Assembly (NCBI RefSeq): GCF_001186125.1
Contig: NW_014040445.1
Location: forward strand, 29,652 to 93,651
Length of the DNA stretch: 64,000 nt
Direction of reading: 5' to 3'
Origin: Sphaeroforma arctica JP610
Lineage: Eukaryota
Shown: one piece after another, positions 24,250 through 35,986 of the stretch
Layout of the letters: each line of letters begins with the position of its first letter
Numbering within the stretch: the stretch's first letter is position 1
Notes under the pieces: generated by a model
Told to the model about the DNA's origin: nothing
The model's database searches: none
Seen by the model: the letters and a program-made list of their open reading frames with translations, nothing else
Made by a program: the position numbers and the translations under genes

Positions 24250-25380
24250 CTTTGTCAAATCCTCTACTAGTGCTGGCGTCGATCATTCGGGCAGCAGTTT
24301 GCTTCTAATATCCAGTTGAGAACGAGTTTGCACCCGCAAATTCGATCGCTCTGCCCGTTACGCCTGCTAACCGTGCAAAAGCATGCAGACTCAAGTACGT
24401 TGCGTAACGACGGAAATGTATACAAGTGTTTCTCTCCTGGAATGATAATGCGGATAGACTATTCAATTACGATAGTGCATCTGTGAGCAAAATTTCGAGC
24501 ATGCAATCGACACAGATTTACCTTTTTTCATGTAGCCTCGCTCGGCAATTTTCATGTAGCCTCACTCGGCAACAAACTTTAAATACTTTTCGACTAATGA
24601 ATCGCTGACATTTTCGCGATTGGGTCCGTCAAATGGGCAGATAGTTATACCTTCAGTGCGGAGCCACATACAATATTCATCTTGATCTCTGCCGTGTTTA
24701 GCTTTTATCTCCTTACTGTTCCGTTCCATAGACCTTTGAGCTTGATTTATAAGTTCCTCCCCTGTTAAATGGCTCTCGGCGTACCACCGTTGTCTGTTTT
24801 TAGGCTTAGTCTTACTTTTGGATGCTTTGGGCTGTGTCATCTTCCTTTCCTTATTCGTCGCACGATACTCCTCTCATCTTCTGATTCACTTGCAATGGGG
24901 CTGTCAGTGGGGTCATATTCACCTTCCAGTTCGAGTTCACTACCTGAGCTATCGCTACCTTCCGCTGACGACATATTTATCTACTTTTAACGCACACTAA
25001 ACCTGGCTTAGTTCACACTAACTATCCTTGTGGAAAGGGAATTGAATACGGACAAGTACAAAATTGGAATATGCTCAAGTGTTGATTGGTCGATTGATTC
25101 ATGGTTTTATAAGAGGGGGACAAAAAGTCAAAAACCCACGGACTCTCTCTAGTGGGCTATTGTATAGGCTCAGGGAAATTCTCCGTTGTCCTAACCCCTA
25201 TTGGCCACTTATAACTTACACAGGTAAACGACTTGGTGCATGCAGATGGAAATTGTCCTTCTACCCAGATTGCTAACTAGTTTCGGAAAAATAACCAGGG
25301 ACAAAAAATCTCAGAAATTGGCAATTGTCCTTTTGTCCCCAACTATATGTATAAATATATGTGTCCCAAGGACCCAAAGT
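24250..25380 (-). mobile_element. Possible degenerate DNA-transposon relic (Crypton-like N-terminus)
   Basis: ORF KHGRDQDEYCMWL...VEKYLKFVAE(R)GY loosely resembles Crypton N-termini; premature stop; GGGACA-rich upstream region. No catalytic residues confirmed. Confidence 0.3.
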
Positions 25381-26334
25381 ACAACGGAAGCCTTTACTAA
25401 AAAGTGGTTTCTTGGTCTATTTTAATCGGAGACTTCAAATTCCATTTTAATTTTTAAAAAGTAAAAACAAACAAAAAAAAATAAAGAGCAAAATAACAAT
25501 GCGAATTTTAAAAAAAACAGGTGACAAAATATTTGAGTTGTTTTTAGTTTTGTTTTTGTTTTGTTAAAAACTAAAAACCAATATACACTTAACTGTACGT
25601 ATAAAAACACTATACATTGATATTTAAAAACATTTTAGAATACTTCTGAAAAAAAAAACACTATGTATGTACAGTACATATTTACATATTTTACTTGCCT
25701 TTTTGTTAAGAAAAAAATCCTTTGGTGAGAGTTGGTTGGTTGATTTTTTATATAAAAAAACTATAAAAAAGCAATAACAACAAACGGCAGCGTTTTTGAT
25801 ACATTTTTTTTTCTTCAATATTAATATGGGCTGTGTAAATATTTAAATTTGTTAAATATATGCAAATTCACTAAATACACAGAACTGATTATACTATTTT
25901 TTTATTTAAAAAAAAAACCAAATACTTGCAGTCAAAAAAAAACAAAACTTGGAAATTTCTCAAGGCCCACGCCCCACGGCTTTAGCCCAAGAAGCTTAAT
26001 TTATTTTTTAACAAACACCGGTCCAAGGCCCCCACAAGCCCAAGGTGTGGACTCACCCTCTGCTGGTGGAGTCTGGAGTCTGGCGTCTGGAGTTCTGGAC
26101 TGTTGTGGATGTCAGGGAATGTTTGTGGTGTTTAAAAAAAAACATAAATACGAGGGCGAAATAGTTTTCAAAAAAATTACATTCAATGTAAAGCACCTTC
26201 ACGCGTCCTTCTTCACACCTCATAGAGCGAGGCACAGCGGAAAACGAATTACACAATTGTTTATTTGGTATATCTCGATCAAAGTAGAGATAACGCATAA
26301 AGATAACGCATCCTCACAATCTGAGCTCAACACC

Positions 26335-27825
26335 ATGATTTCTTTTTCTATACGCGCCCATCTTTTGACCAGTCTGCTTGCTTGGAAGATATGCAATGTA
26401 AGCGGGCTGCATGCGCTTAATTTTGTGAACTTACTGGAACCCAGCGATGCTTTTAAATGCGTCGCAGTTCAAGTTGGAGAACTCGCGAGTCCAGGGAAGT
26501 TAGTATCTGCACCACTGTGTTATGAGGAGAGACTTTTAATACAGTCTACCGAAACGTCAGGGCAGGTCAATGGTATACCTATCTATATCTTCCCCGTAAA
26601 CGATGAGGACCAATCAGTCGATGCAAGCTCGATTGCACTACACTCTGCTAATATATACGAAGATGACACGCGTAATGTTTGGTTTCTTCATCGAAATTCC
26701 AGCGTTAGCGATCAAGTCCTACTTAGAAATATTGACAATGGCGATGTGGAACAGACTTTGGGATACATCTCTTTTGTCAACTTTGCTGATTCTCCTGTCG
26801 ATCTGGCATTGCGAGAGACAGCTGAATCCTATCTTCCGATGAGTAATATGAAGTATTACGACACCTTCAATCAGATTCACAATGGTGCGTTCAGCCGAAG
26901 TTATCAGTATAGATACATTGTCGATGAAGGGGCTGAGAATGCCATGACTGGATTTTTCCGGGTAGGATTCCGCGAAGGTCTTGATCTGGGACACACTATC
27001 AATACTGTGTTTTATGGTAAAAATGAGGCCAATTCTTTCCAATCGTTAACTTTTCGTGCAACGACAGAAAACGATTTTGTAATTGGCCCCGTAAATTACG
27101 CTGCAGCTATCAGCACCGAACCTTTGTCCGAACCAACTGCTGCTATTGACCCTACCTCGGAGCAAACACCTGACGATACAGCAATCAATAACACGCCCAA
27201 CAACGTACCTGAAGCTGTTCCTCCGGTGAGCAATAACGATGACGTCAACAACCAAGGAACCATCAATGACGATGTGGTAACAAATACAGACGGCGGTGAT
27301 GATGGTATAATTGTCTACGGCAATGAGGATACTGATGCGACTGCTGGAGATTGGTGCATTGTTGTTATTACCGGTTTAGTATACATAGTTCTGATAGTTG
27401 CTTTGTGCTATTGGACTTTCTTGCTCACGTCGACGTGGTGGGAGTTACGAAAAAGAATGCGAGGAGATATAGGACATGCGAAGAGTGCGAAAACCAAGAT
27501 TTTAGTTGATGTCAAAGAGGAAGAGGAAGAGAAGAAAAAGAAACGCAGTAAACGCAGTGGAGGCGGCGGCGGCAGTGGTGATGCCGAGAAGAAGAAGAAA
27601 GTATTCTCTATGATGCGCGATAGGATGGGGTCTCGACGTATGAAGGACGCACTGAGTAGTATGAGTAATGGTCGACTATTCGGAGAGGAAGGTGACAATC
27701 AAGAGTATATCAAACGTGCGCGAGCCTTGAGCAAAGCAAATTTACATGATGATGTAGCACTGGACATGCCCTCCGAAGATATCACCAAAACCAAATCGAA
27801 AGGTAAATCAAGCGGCCGAGTTTAA
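26335..27825 (+). CDS. Intronless type I membrane protein, 496 aa, unknown function
   Basis: caccATG at 26335 in the long ORF; hydrophobic N-terminus (signal peptide-like), P/T/N/D-rich stalk, TM segment WCIVVITGLVYIVLIVALCYWTFLL, basic cytoplasmic tail. Confidence 0.8.
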   Translation: MISFSIRAHLLTSLLAWKICNVSGLHALNFVNLLEPSDAFKCVAVQVGELASPGKLVSAPLCYEERLLIQSTETSGQVNGIPIYIFPVNDEDQSVDASSIALHSANIYEDDTRNVWFLHRNSSVSDQVLLRNIDNGDVEQTLGYISFVNFADSPVDLALRETAESYLPMSNMKYYDTFNQIHNGAFSRSYQYRYIVDEGAENAMTGFFRVGFREGLDLGHTINTVFYGKNEANSFQSLTFRATTENDFVIGPVNYAAAISTEPLSEPTAAIDPTSEQTPDDTAINNTPNNVPEAVPPVSNNDDVNNQGTINDDVVTNTDGGDDGIIVYGNEDTDATAGDWCIVVITGLVYIVLIVALCYWTFLLTSTWWELRKRMRGDIGHAKSAKTKILVDVKEEEEEKKKKRSKRSGGGGGSGDAEKKKKVFSMMRDRMGSRRMKDALSSMSNGRLFGEEGDNQEYIKRARALSKANLHDDVALDMPSEDITKTKSKGKSSGRV

Positions 27826-29088
27826 AATTATCAGCTTGAATACGAACGATGATTAAGGAACAGATATCTTTCCAGCTTAGCAATGAGACACGATGGTCTC
27901 GTAGTGAGTATAGATTGGATACGGATAATTGTATACTGTAATGTATCTGTAGAGTATTGCTGCATTGCGCACCGTTATCTTTATATTCGAGATTGGGGAA
28001 CGCCAGGAATGCTTCTAATCGGGATTGGAGGTTGTACCAAGTGTAAGTATTATTCAATTAGTACTTCGAGAGGACGGAAACTTTCAACAGTGTTCAAAAG
28101 CAATGGGAGGGAATACTGACTAACATTCACATCTTCAAAGCACGCGAGCTATCGTGACAGCCCTTATGGGAAGCGTGACGTTTGGAAACCATGTTGAAGC
28201 CGAAATGATTGGGTCGAATGTAAATAATTTCAATAGAATGCATGGGCAGCCATTAATGGTTGTAGCAATTTTCTCCGGCATTGTGATAAGGTCAGGTATT
28301 TTACAGGAAGATCTCTTCATAAAATAAAGCACGTAATTTATGTGGCCCGATTTATGGTCATGGCACTATCGCTATGGAGATCATAATACCATTGACAACT
28401 CAATATGCGGAATTACGGTCAAGAGCCGTGCTAGCAGCTATAGCTTTTGGTGGTTTGTACAGAAAAAGGGGCAGTACTCTTTAGCCGACTATGAGTTGAG
28501 CGTGCGCATCGGATTTTATAAAGGTTTTGCGATACTGCGTACACTGGGAAAAAAAATCCAGTATTTACTGTTCAGCGCGGAGCACACATGTGTTGTGACC
28601 AAACGTCATATTACATTGTAGATATGAAATTCAGATTCGACCGATTTTTGTATGCGAGCCGAAAAAAAAGTATTGCAAACAAATAGTTCGCGTGTACAAA
28701 CATCGGTTGTATTTAATATATCTATAAAAACAATCATTTACCGAACGTTTCTCAATTTTGAATACTACAGTACTTCGACGATTATGACGCGCAACTACCA
28801 TCTAGTTAACCATCGGACTTCGAACACATAAAAACTATGGACAAGACATTCTACTTGATATATCCTTCCCAGTGAGGCCGCTTTAGAGCACCCAGAACTT
28901 CTTCGATATTCTGAATCATGCAGCGACATTAAAAAATAATACACGACAAGGAATATCGGTGCCTATTGCAAATCCGACCATATTGAGTTTCAGAATATGA
29001 ACGATTAATTCAAACTAAATACACTTAGGCTGATTATTTCTCATTTGTGTATGCAGCTAAAAGTATTGACGACAATTCCATTTATATA

Positions 29089-32000
29089 CTACCACCAGAA
29101 GTTGATACTGAAACTCGGCGTTAGACTTCGCACGTAATGCCACGTGCCTACTGGTATATACAACATATCTCCCGGTCTGAGTACTAGCTCGTAGTATTTA
29201 GCATCATTGGCCAGTGGATGACGCACGAAGTCTTCCTTCTCGCATTCAACTTGGCTTATATTGGTTCCTTGCGGGCCATTATTATATAGTTTCGGCGTTT
29301 GATCCGATAGATACAGCCTTAAATATTTATATCCTACCACCTGTATTGAAGCAGTATAACCAAATGTATGCAATATAGTTCAGACTACGTGATAGACTAA
29401 AGTTTAAACCGGTTACCGGACATCCGAGCGTCGCACTCACCCCATATTGCATCATAATTGGGTGCGATCAAGCCATACATGTCGAATTTGCTTTCGAATG
29501 TTATGGACAGTTTGCCATATATATCCCAATGAGAGAACACCCAGCATAGCCAGACGCGATATGTAGCACAACCACACGGAGTTGAAAAGATCGATCCGTT
29601 GTGCCTTCTTAGATGAACTTATTGAACCATATGATACCAAAAAATATAATCAAAATCACCCGTCGGCAGATTTGACTGGATAGAAAGTTTTCAAAAGCAT
29701 AGGGAACAAACCTGAGCAAGAATGTTCTCATAAGTATCCGTGTGTAATGGCGTTACTGTGCCAGCCGTGCCAAACCACCCGTTCATCTTCTCCGGGTGGC
29801 CCCGGATCAAGTCCTTGATAAGCTGTGGCACTTTAAAATCTAATTTCATTGCTGGGAAATGATCGAACAGCTCGTGTTGCGCAATATATCCCACGACGTC
29901 GATTGGCGTGAGCCTGCGTTGATTGTGACTTGCAGTATTTATTGAAGTGTTGCCATTTGTAAAGTGACACAAATGTAGCTGCATATTGAACACCAATAGT
30001 CGTGAAAATGCATAACGGTTAAATATCGTTGAAAAACGACATGGAAAAATAAAAAGTTTGTACTTTAACTCTCGAGCTGCAGCTGCATGGCTGAGACTTC
30101 CTACTTCAATAAACGTGGAGCATAGGGTACTGTTCTACAAATCACGTATATTCTACCACTCGATACGTGCTCTAAGTATAAATGCTGAGATGGTACTAAA
30201 ACAACAGTTACAAGTGTGACTGTAGACTCAGGCACACGCACTAGTAGACGCAGATGACGATGGCAAACAACAGAATACACAGCAAAAAAAGAAACATACT
30301 CCCCAAGCAAGGTCTTTTGATGGCTAGGTTTGATACGAGTTTCGATGAATGTTGCCATTTGGATGATCTCCTCCCTCCATGACGAGGTACCATAAGTTCC
30401 AAGCTGAGATCCAACAAGCACGTAATAAGAGTGCGCAAATAGAGGCAAGTATATGGATATTGTACATAAGCCAAATATACCAGCGAAGACAAACTAGATG
30501 CACTATGAAGCACGGAAGAAGCACTTGGAGATTCAATATCATAAACATATTTATACTTGATGTGTCCCAAACTTCAATAGGAATACTACTTACGACATAG
30601 TTTAGACACAAGGATGCTGTACTGGTAATCTAAGCGGAAGTCGGAAGTCTAACGTTGGTTGTCGTGAGAGTGCTAAAATGATTTGAAAAAAAGATAAGAT
30701 CGTCGACGACAATGACAAACCTGTGAGCACCGTCGAATAGGTCTGTCACTAAATAATCTACAGCATGACACATCTCCAGCTCGTTGTCAAAATCAAAGGC
30801 AAGAGCTTGGACAATCTAACTGGACAAAATGTACATAGCACTCCAACATAAAACAAATCCTCTAGTCCCGTAAACTTCGTACTCTCACCTCAACTGGAAT
30901 CCACCTGTGACCAAGGGCTTCTATTAAGGATTCAAGATCCTTCCATTTATCGGTCGCGGCCCAACCTATTTGCCCACCTGAGTGCATAGTGTGCAGTCAT
31001 GTTGATTGTAAGTGACATCTTAATTACTTCAAACACGTTATGATTTACTTATATGTCAAAAGGTAATAGAAAAAAACGTTATATTTTCATTAACGCCGGG
31101 GTCGTATGCTACAGATATCAGATGATCAAGTATCAGTCGCATTCTTACAACTTGGTAATATTATATATATCGAAAGCTTTAATTTCGTGATTCTACTTCC
31201 ACTCACATAAGTTTAGTTTCCTATTTCCTAGTGACATATTGAACGAAATAAAGTAGAAAAGCAGTACACTTAACACGCAGCAGTGATTTAACCCAATTGA
31301 AGGCAAATCTTAAATGAACTCACCCGTCATAATTAAAGGTTTACTCTGCTTGACGTAGCTTTTGAACTCTGCGAAGTTGTCCTCATACCCTTCGTCTGCT
31401 AAAGATATGCGTTCCACCTGTATATTTCCAGTATGTGAGAATGTGGAGAACTGCATCAACACATAGGCAATTTCACAGTATATGCGGTTATAGTAATCGA
31501 TATAACAAAAGTCAAGAATATTCACGAGGGTAAAGAAACCAGCGCATTCGACATAGAATCAAAATTCACCTCTTTTCCGCCGTCTAATTCTGGCATAACA
31601 TATTTGAGTGACTCCGAATATTCCAGTGTCGCGAAAGCACTATCTAAGCCTACTTCACTGTTATCTTGGTGCGTATGACTGCTTAAACTGGCGCTCTCAG
31701 TAGTCGTGTCATAGGAAACGCTAAGACTTTGCAAATCTACATCATTAGAGATATCACGTGCCCTCAAGGACATTGCGTATGCTTTTGCTTTCGGTTCGGC
31801 AAATCCACAGATCACTCGTAGCGGGCCCATATATCCACGAAGAATCAAGACAGTATCGATATGCTCCATTGCTGTTGTGTAGATATGCGTGTGCGCGGTT
31901 GTTCAAATTTGAGAAGAGAGGACTGGCCAACTCATAGAGATACACACCACCCACCATCCAGTGATGTTGTCAGATAAATTGCACGACACATAACACCACT

Positions 32001-33587
32001 TGCTAAAAGGGTCAAATGGAAGCAAAGCTACAAGTGATTTTGGGCACAGATGAAGGGCCAGAGGGTCGAGCGGCACTGTAATGTCCGCACAGTAAGCTCC
32101 ACGCATAACATAAAATGCGATGTATATATTTTCCCTGTTTTGCGTCCGTGAATACACAAAGCAAACAAAACATTCACACGAAGGCACAGAGTTTCAAGAT
32201 AGTCTCAATCTGTTTATCTATACCTTTCAAACAGCCTGGCGGACCTTCATTTATCAGAACGCACGAAATTATCGTGTGGGTCGCAGCCACTATGTCCACC
32301 CAGAAGGATTTTTCATCAGGGCTGATAGTCATGTTCAGTTGGAATTGCCGTTACATTACAGTAGCCTGTCATTACCCACAATGCGCATTGTTGCGAATTA
32401 TACCTAAAACGATCAGCGCACAGATGACAATATTCAAGAGTATGCTTTTTCTGGGGGAGAATCCTTCTGGTAACATATATATATTTTTACTCGATTCTGA
32501 ACCGATGATAGTTTGCATGTAACGGTCTTGAAATCAACGGGATGCGGAATTGTAATTGTGCTAATACACAACAGCTCAGCTCAGACCCCCAACTTGAGAC
32601 CTCTTTCACAATGCACACTCAGCACAAATGTACATATTGAATATCAACGCAAGGCGGTGATATGCCACCAGATTGCAACACACCTAGACTTCTTGACCTC
32701 AAGCCATGCAATTCTATTTAAGGCCGTCGCAGTGTGGCACAAGTTTTCAAAAAACTGTTCATCCTCCAATAAACTGATTATATCGTTGTACATTTGGTAC
32801 GTCTCTGACTCGCGCGCAACCTTCTCTAGCAGCGCGGGTCTGACTTTCTGTGTCAGTGGAACATACAAATATAAGCGCACATATGCCCACATCATGGGAG
32901 TACTATAGTCTGATACATTCGGTACCGCTTGATATCAGAGGGCTGAAGCTGCATGTGTTATTTGGTTATTGCATAGCTGTGCGCTTGACATACACACTAC
33001 ACGCGGGTAAATAAGTATCATGAAGTATCCTTGATAGTACTAGCCATCCCGACCTATCTGAGGCGGCAAATCTTTCCACAGTACACCCCTATTCTGCGTA
33101 CATTTCCGAGCGTTCAAATACCGTATATTCGCATGCAGAAGGCCCCTACATCAATAGGCGGGTTGCACGATAATTATATATGAAGTAAGCTTAACAAGAA
33201 CACAGGGGCTATATCAGGCAAATGTCGAGATTTTTTCCACCATTCACAAGGTGTCTCGTGAATAGATAAAATAGGCGATAGGCGCAAAGCTTAACATTTC
33301 CCTTTTAAAATATTAAATACACACAAGACAAACCCTCATACACTTCCTGTGTATGCGGCGAAACATGCCTGAGCATTCGTATCGATGATTCGAAAACGAG
33401 TACATGGTGCAAAATCACAAACAGAAAATATGTAAGTCACCCGATGGCAGTCGAGGATGATTCGCGACCTACAGGTGTATTGTTACAGAATACCCGCGCG
33501 AGTGCTTACCTGACTACTTGTTATGAAGTACCGGCACACTTGTCGTTGGCATGCTGCCACGCGCGCCTTATCAGCTGTCAAGGACAT
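29089..33587 (-). CDS. KDM8: JmjC-domain hydroxylase, JMJD5/KDM8-like, multi-exon
   Basis: Exons encode KPLIMTG, WAATDKWKD..GHRWIPVE, YIAQHELFDHFP, WFGTAGTVTPLHTDTYENILAQ, VVGYKYLRLY, PGDMLYIPVGTWHYVRSLTPSFSINFWW. The start codon (MSLTADK) is tentative. Confidence 0.85.
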
Positions 33588-34512
33588 ATTTTCGATAGCA
33601 CTGCTGTAGTAATAGGCTTCTATACATACAAAGTGTATGTTTGTTAGTATACAAGAACAAATATATTTATATAATATTTGCACGTACGTTGCAGTAGTTT
33701 GTATAATTTAGAAGGCTATGAAATTTACTGAAGTATTAATGGTGCAATCGTGAGTCGCGTATTTATTCACCACCCTCAGAAATGCCCTCAGTGGCAGACT
33801 ATAGAACGCAATATTCGTCCGATCCAGGAGTTAGATGCAAGGATAGACTCTTAGGTCGGGACCCGCGAGTAGCGACTGGGTCATCCGTGACTTGGACGGT
33901 TGGACCATCTCTCGACAATAAATAGACTCGACTTGCTGAGTGGACAGGTCAATTTTTTTAATTGTTTTATTTTAAAACAACAAAAACAAAATAGACACAG
34001 TCACACAGGTCTCACTCGGACCTCAATTTTACTGCCTCCAGTTTTGGCGCGCAGTGTCAAAGTGCACAGTGCCGACTGCTGAGTGCACAGTGCTGACTGC
34101 TGAGTGCACACACAATGTTAAATAATGGTATTAATAGGCACATTTATTTTAAATCATACTTGTCTCAATTTCGAATGCTCATACTAGGTATTTATATGAA
34201 GTTTATATGAACATATTGTGCATATACTTTGGGGATTTTTTTGTCTCACTGCTACGTCCCACACGCAAGTCCGAACAACCTACGAACATTTTAAAAATCG
34301 ATCATATAAGCCAATTATCTATGCAGCGCACTTTATTGAAAGAAGAGACTTATTTTCTCGTGCTCTATGGGCTTTGTAAGGGATGCGTTGAGAGTTGTCA
34401 GATTTGGTGTAAGGTCAGCGAATATTCTGAGTTCACTGGTACGATGGGATTTCGTTCAACACACGAAAATATCTGGAATCCCTTCAATGACCTTGTAGGT
34501 CGCGAACTATAC

Positions 34513-34515
34513 CAC

Positions 34516-34546
<31 letters not shown>

Positions 34547-34631
34547 AGTATATACATGTACATATACATATACATATATATATATATACACGCACACACA
34601 CATACACACACACATATATATATATATACAT

Positions 34632-34687
<56 letters not shown>

Positions 34688-34767
34688 CACACACACACAC
34701 ATATATATATATATAGATATATTATATATGTTTATATATGTGTGTGTATGTATGTATATATATATAA
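34513..34767. repeat. (TA)n/(CA)n microsatellite
   Basis: Visible dinucleotide runs. Confidence 0.9.
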
Positions 34768-35986
34768 CGGAAAGTAAAAGTATATGCACGCGGTAATAGT
34801 CTTTCAGTATCGAGGGATGTTTCCCATGCACTCCAACGAAGAACTGTAGAATGAGACATTCATCACAACTACAATGCAGGTGGTACCGGCGCAATAGTGA
34901 GTACGAGGAGAATCAAATGAGTGCTAGTTTTTACAATAGCATGCTATTGGAATGTGCTGTGCTAGGTTTTACAATCGCAAGCGATTGGAACATGCTGATG
35001 TTAAAAAAGGCTTATGGAAATCCACAGTGAAGAAATGTTTGCAGAACGCTAATAAATCTTCATTTTCGTTTCATATCTTCATATTTAGTGTAGGTTCCAG
35101 AGCACACTTTATTTTTACGTACGAATAACTAGATGCCCCGCTCGCAGCAGTGAGAACACGGAGGGCTATATATGCATATAATCACATACATATCTGTAAA
35201 TACTACATACATATGTATTTTATTTATGTCAGTCCCGTGTTTATTTATATTGAAATAGTGCCAAAACACGACAATTTGACCCTGCGTCGATGCGGCCTGG
35301 ACCAGTCCGCCAGGGTCCCCTTTCCGTTTCCGTTTCCGTTTCCGTTTCCGTTTCTCTATCCTTTTAGTTGTTGTATTTAGATTTGTAAATTTGGGTGCGC
35401 TCAGGGCGCAGAGGCTCCAGCCTCCGGAGTCCGGGGGCCCATGGCGGGCCCCAGACACCATACATCACCATAACAACTTAGGGTTTCAGGGGTTTAGAGT
35501 TTTAGAGTTTTATAGATTAGTAGGTGTGTATTTTAAAAATTATTTTAGGAGGCTATGCCGCTATGATGAGTGTGATAATATTATTTTAGGAGGCTACGAC
35601 GAGTGTATAATGAGGATTTTCATAGCCTCCTTCTCTAGAAGAAATTTTTATAAATACAGTCTAAGCCCTAAGAAGAGATGAGATTTCAAACACATACAGG
35701 TATACGTACGTATTAAAAAAGACGTACAGATCTGTAATTCATGGCAGAGTCTGAATCGATAGAGTTGAAAAACACATGTGCGTATCTAGATGCGTTTGGA
35801 AGACAGTCATTTTCCTACATGTAGAAGAATAGAAACATTCGTGTGCATGTATCAATCGATCTGTATAATACAATAGAAAAATATTCTGGCGCAAGTGTCT
35901 GAACGCTCAGAGTACATACATATAATCTACTTTATTGACAAAGAAGACGATAATTCTGCTCAGATTATCCTAGGACATTTAAAGAA

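Noticed and set aside
25849..26334. N-terminal 162 aa of the 658-aa ORF
   Set aside because: Starts at TTG in A-rich and stutter sequence; the ATG at 26335 has good context and precedes a signal peptide.
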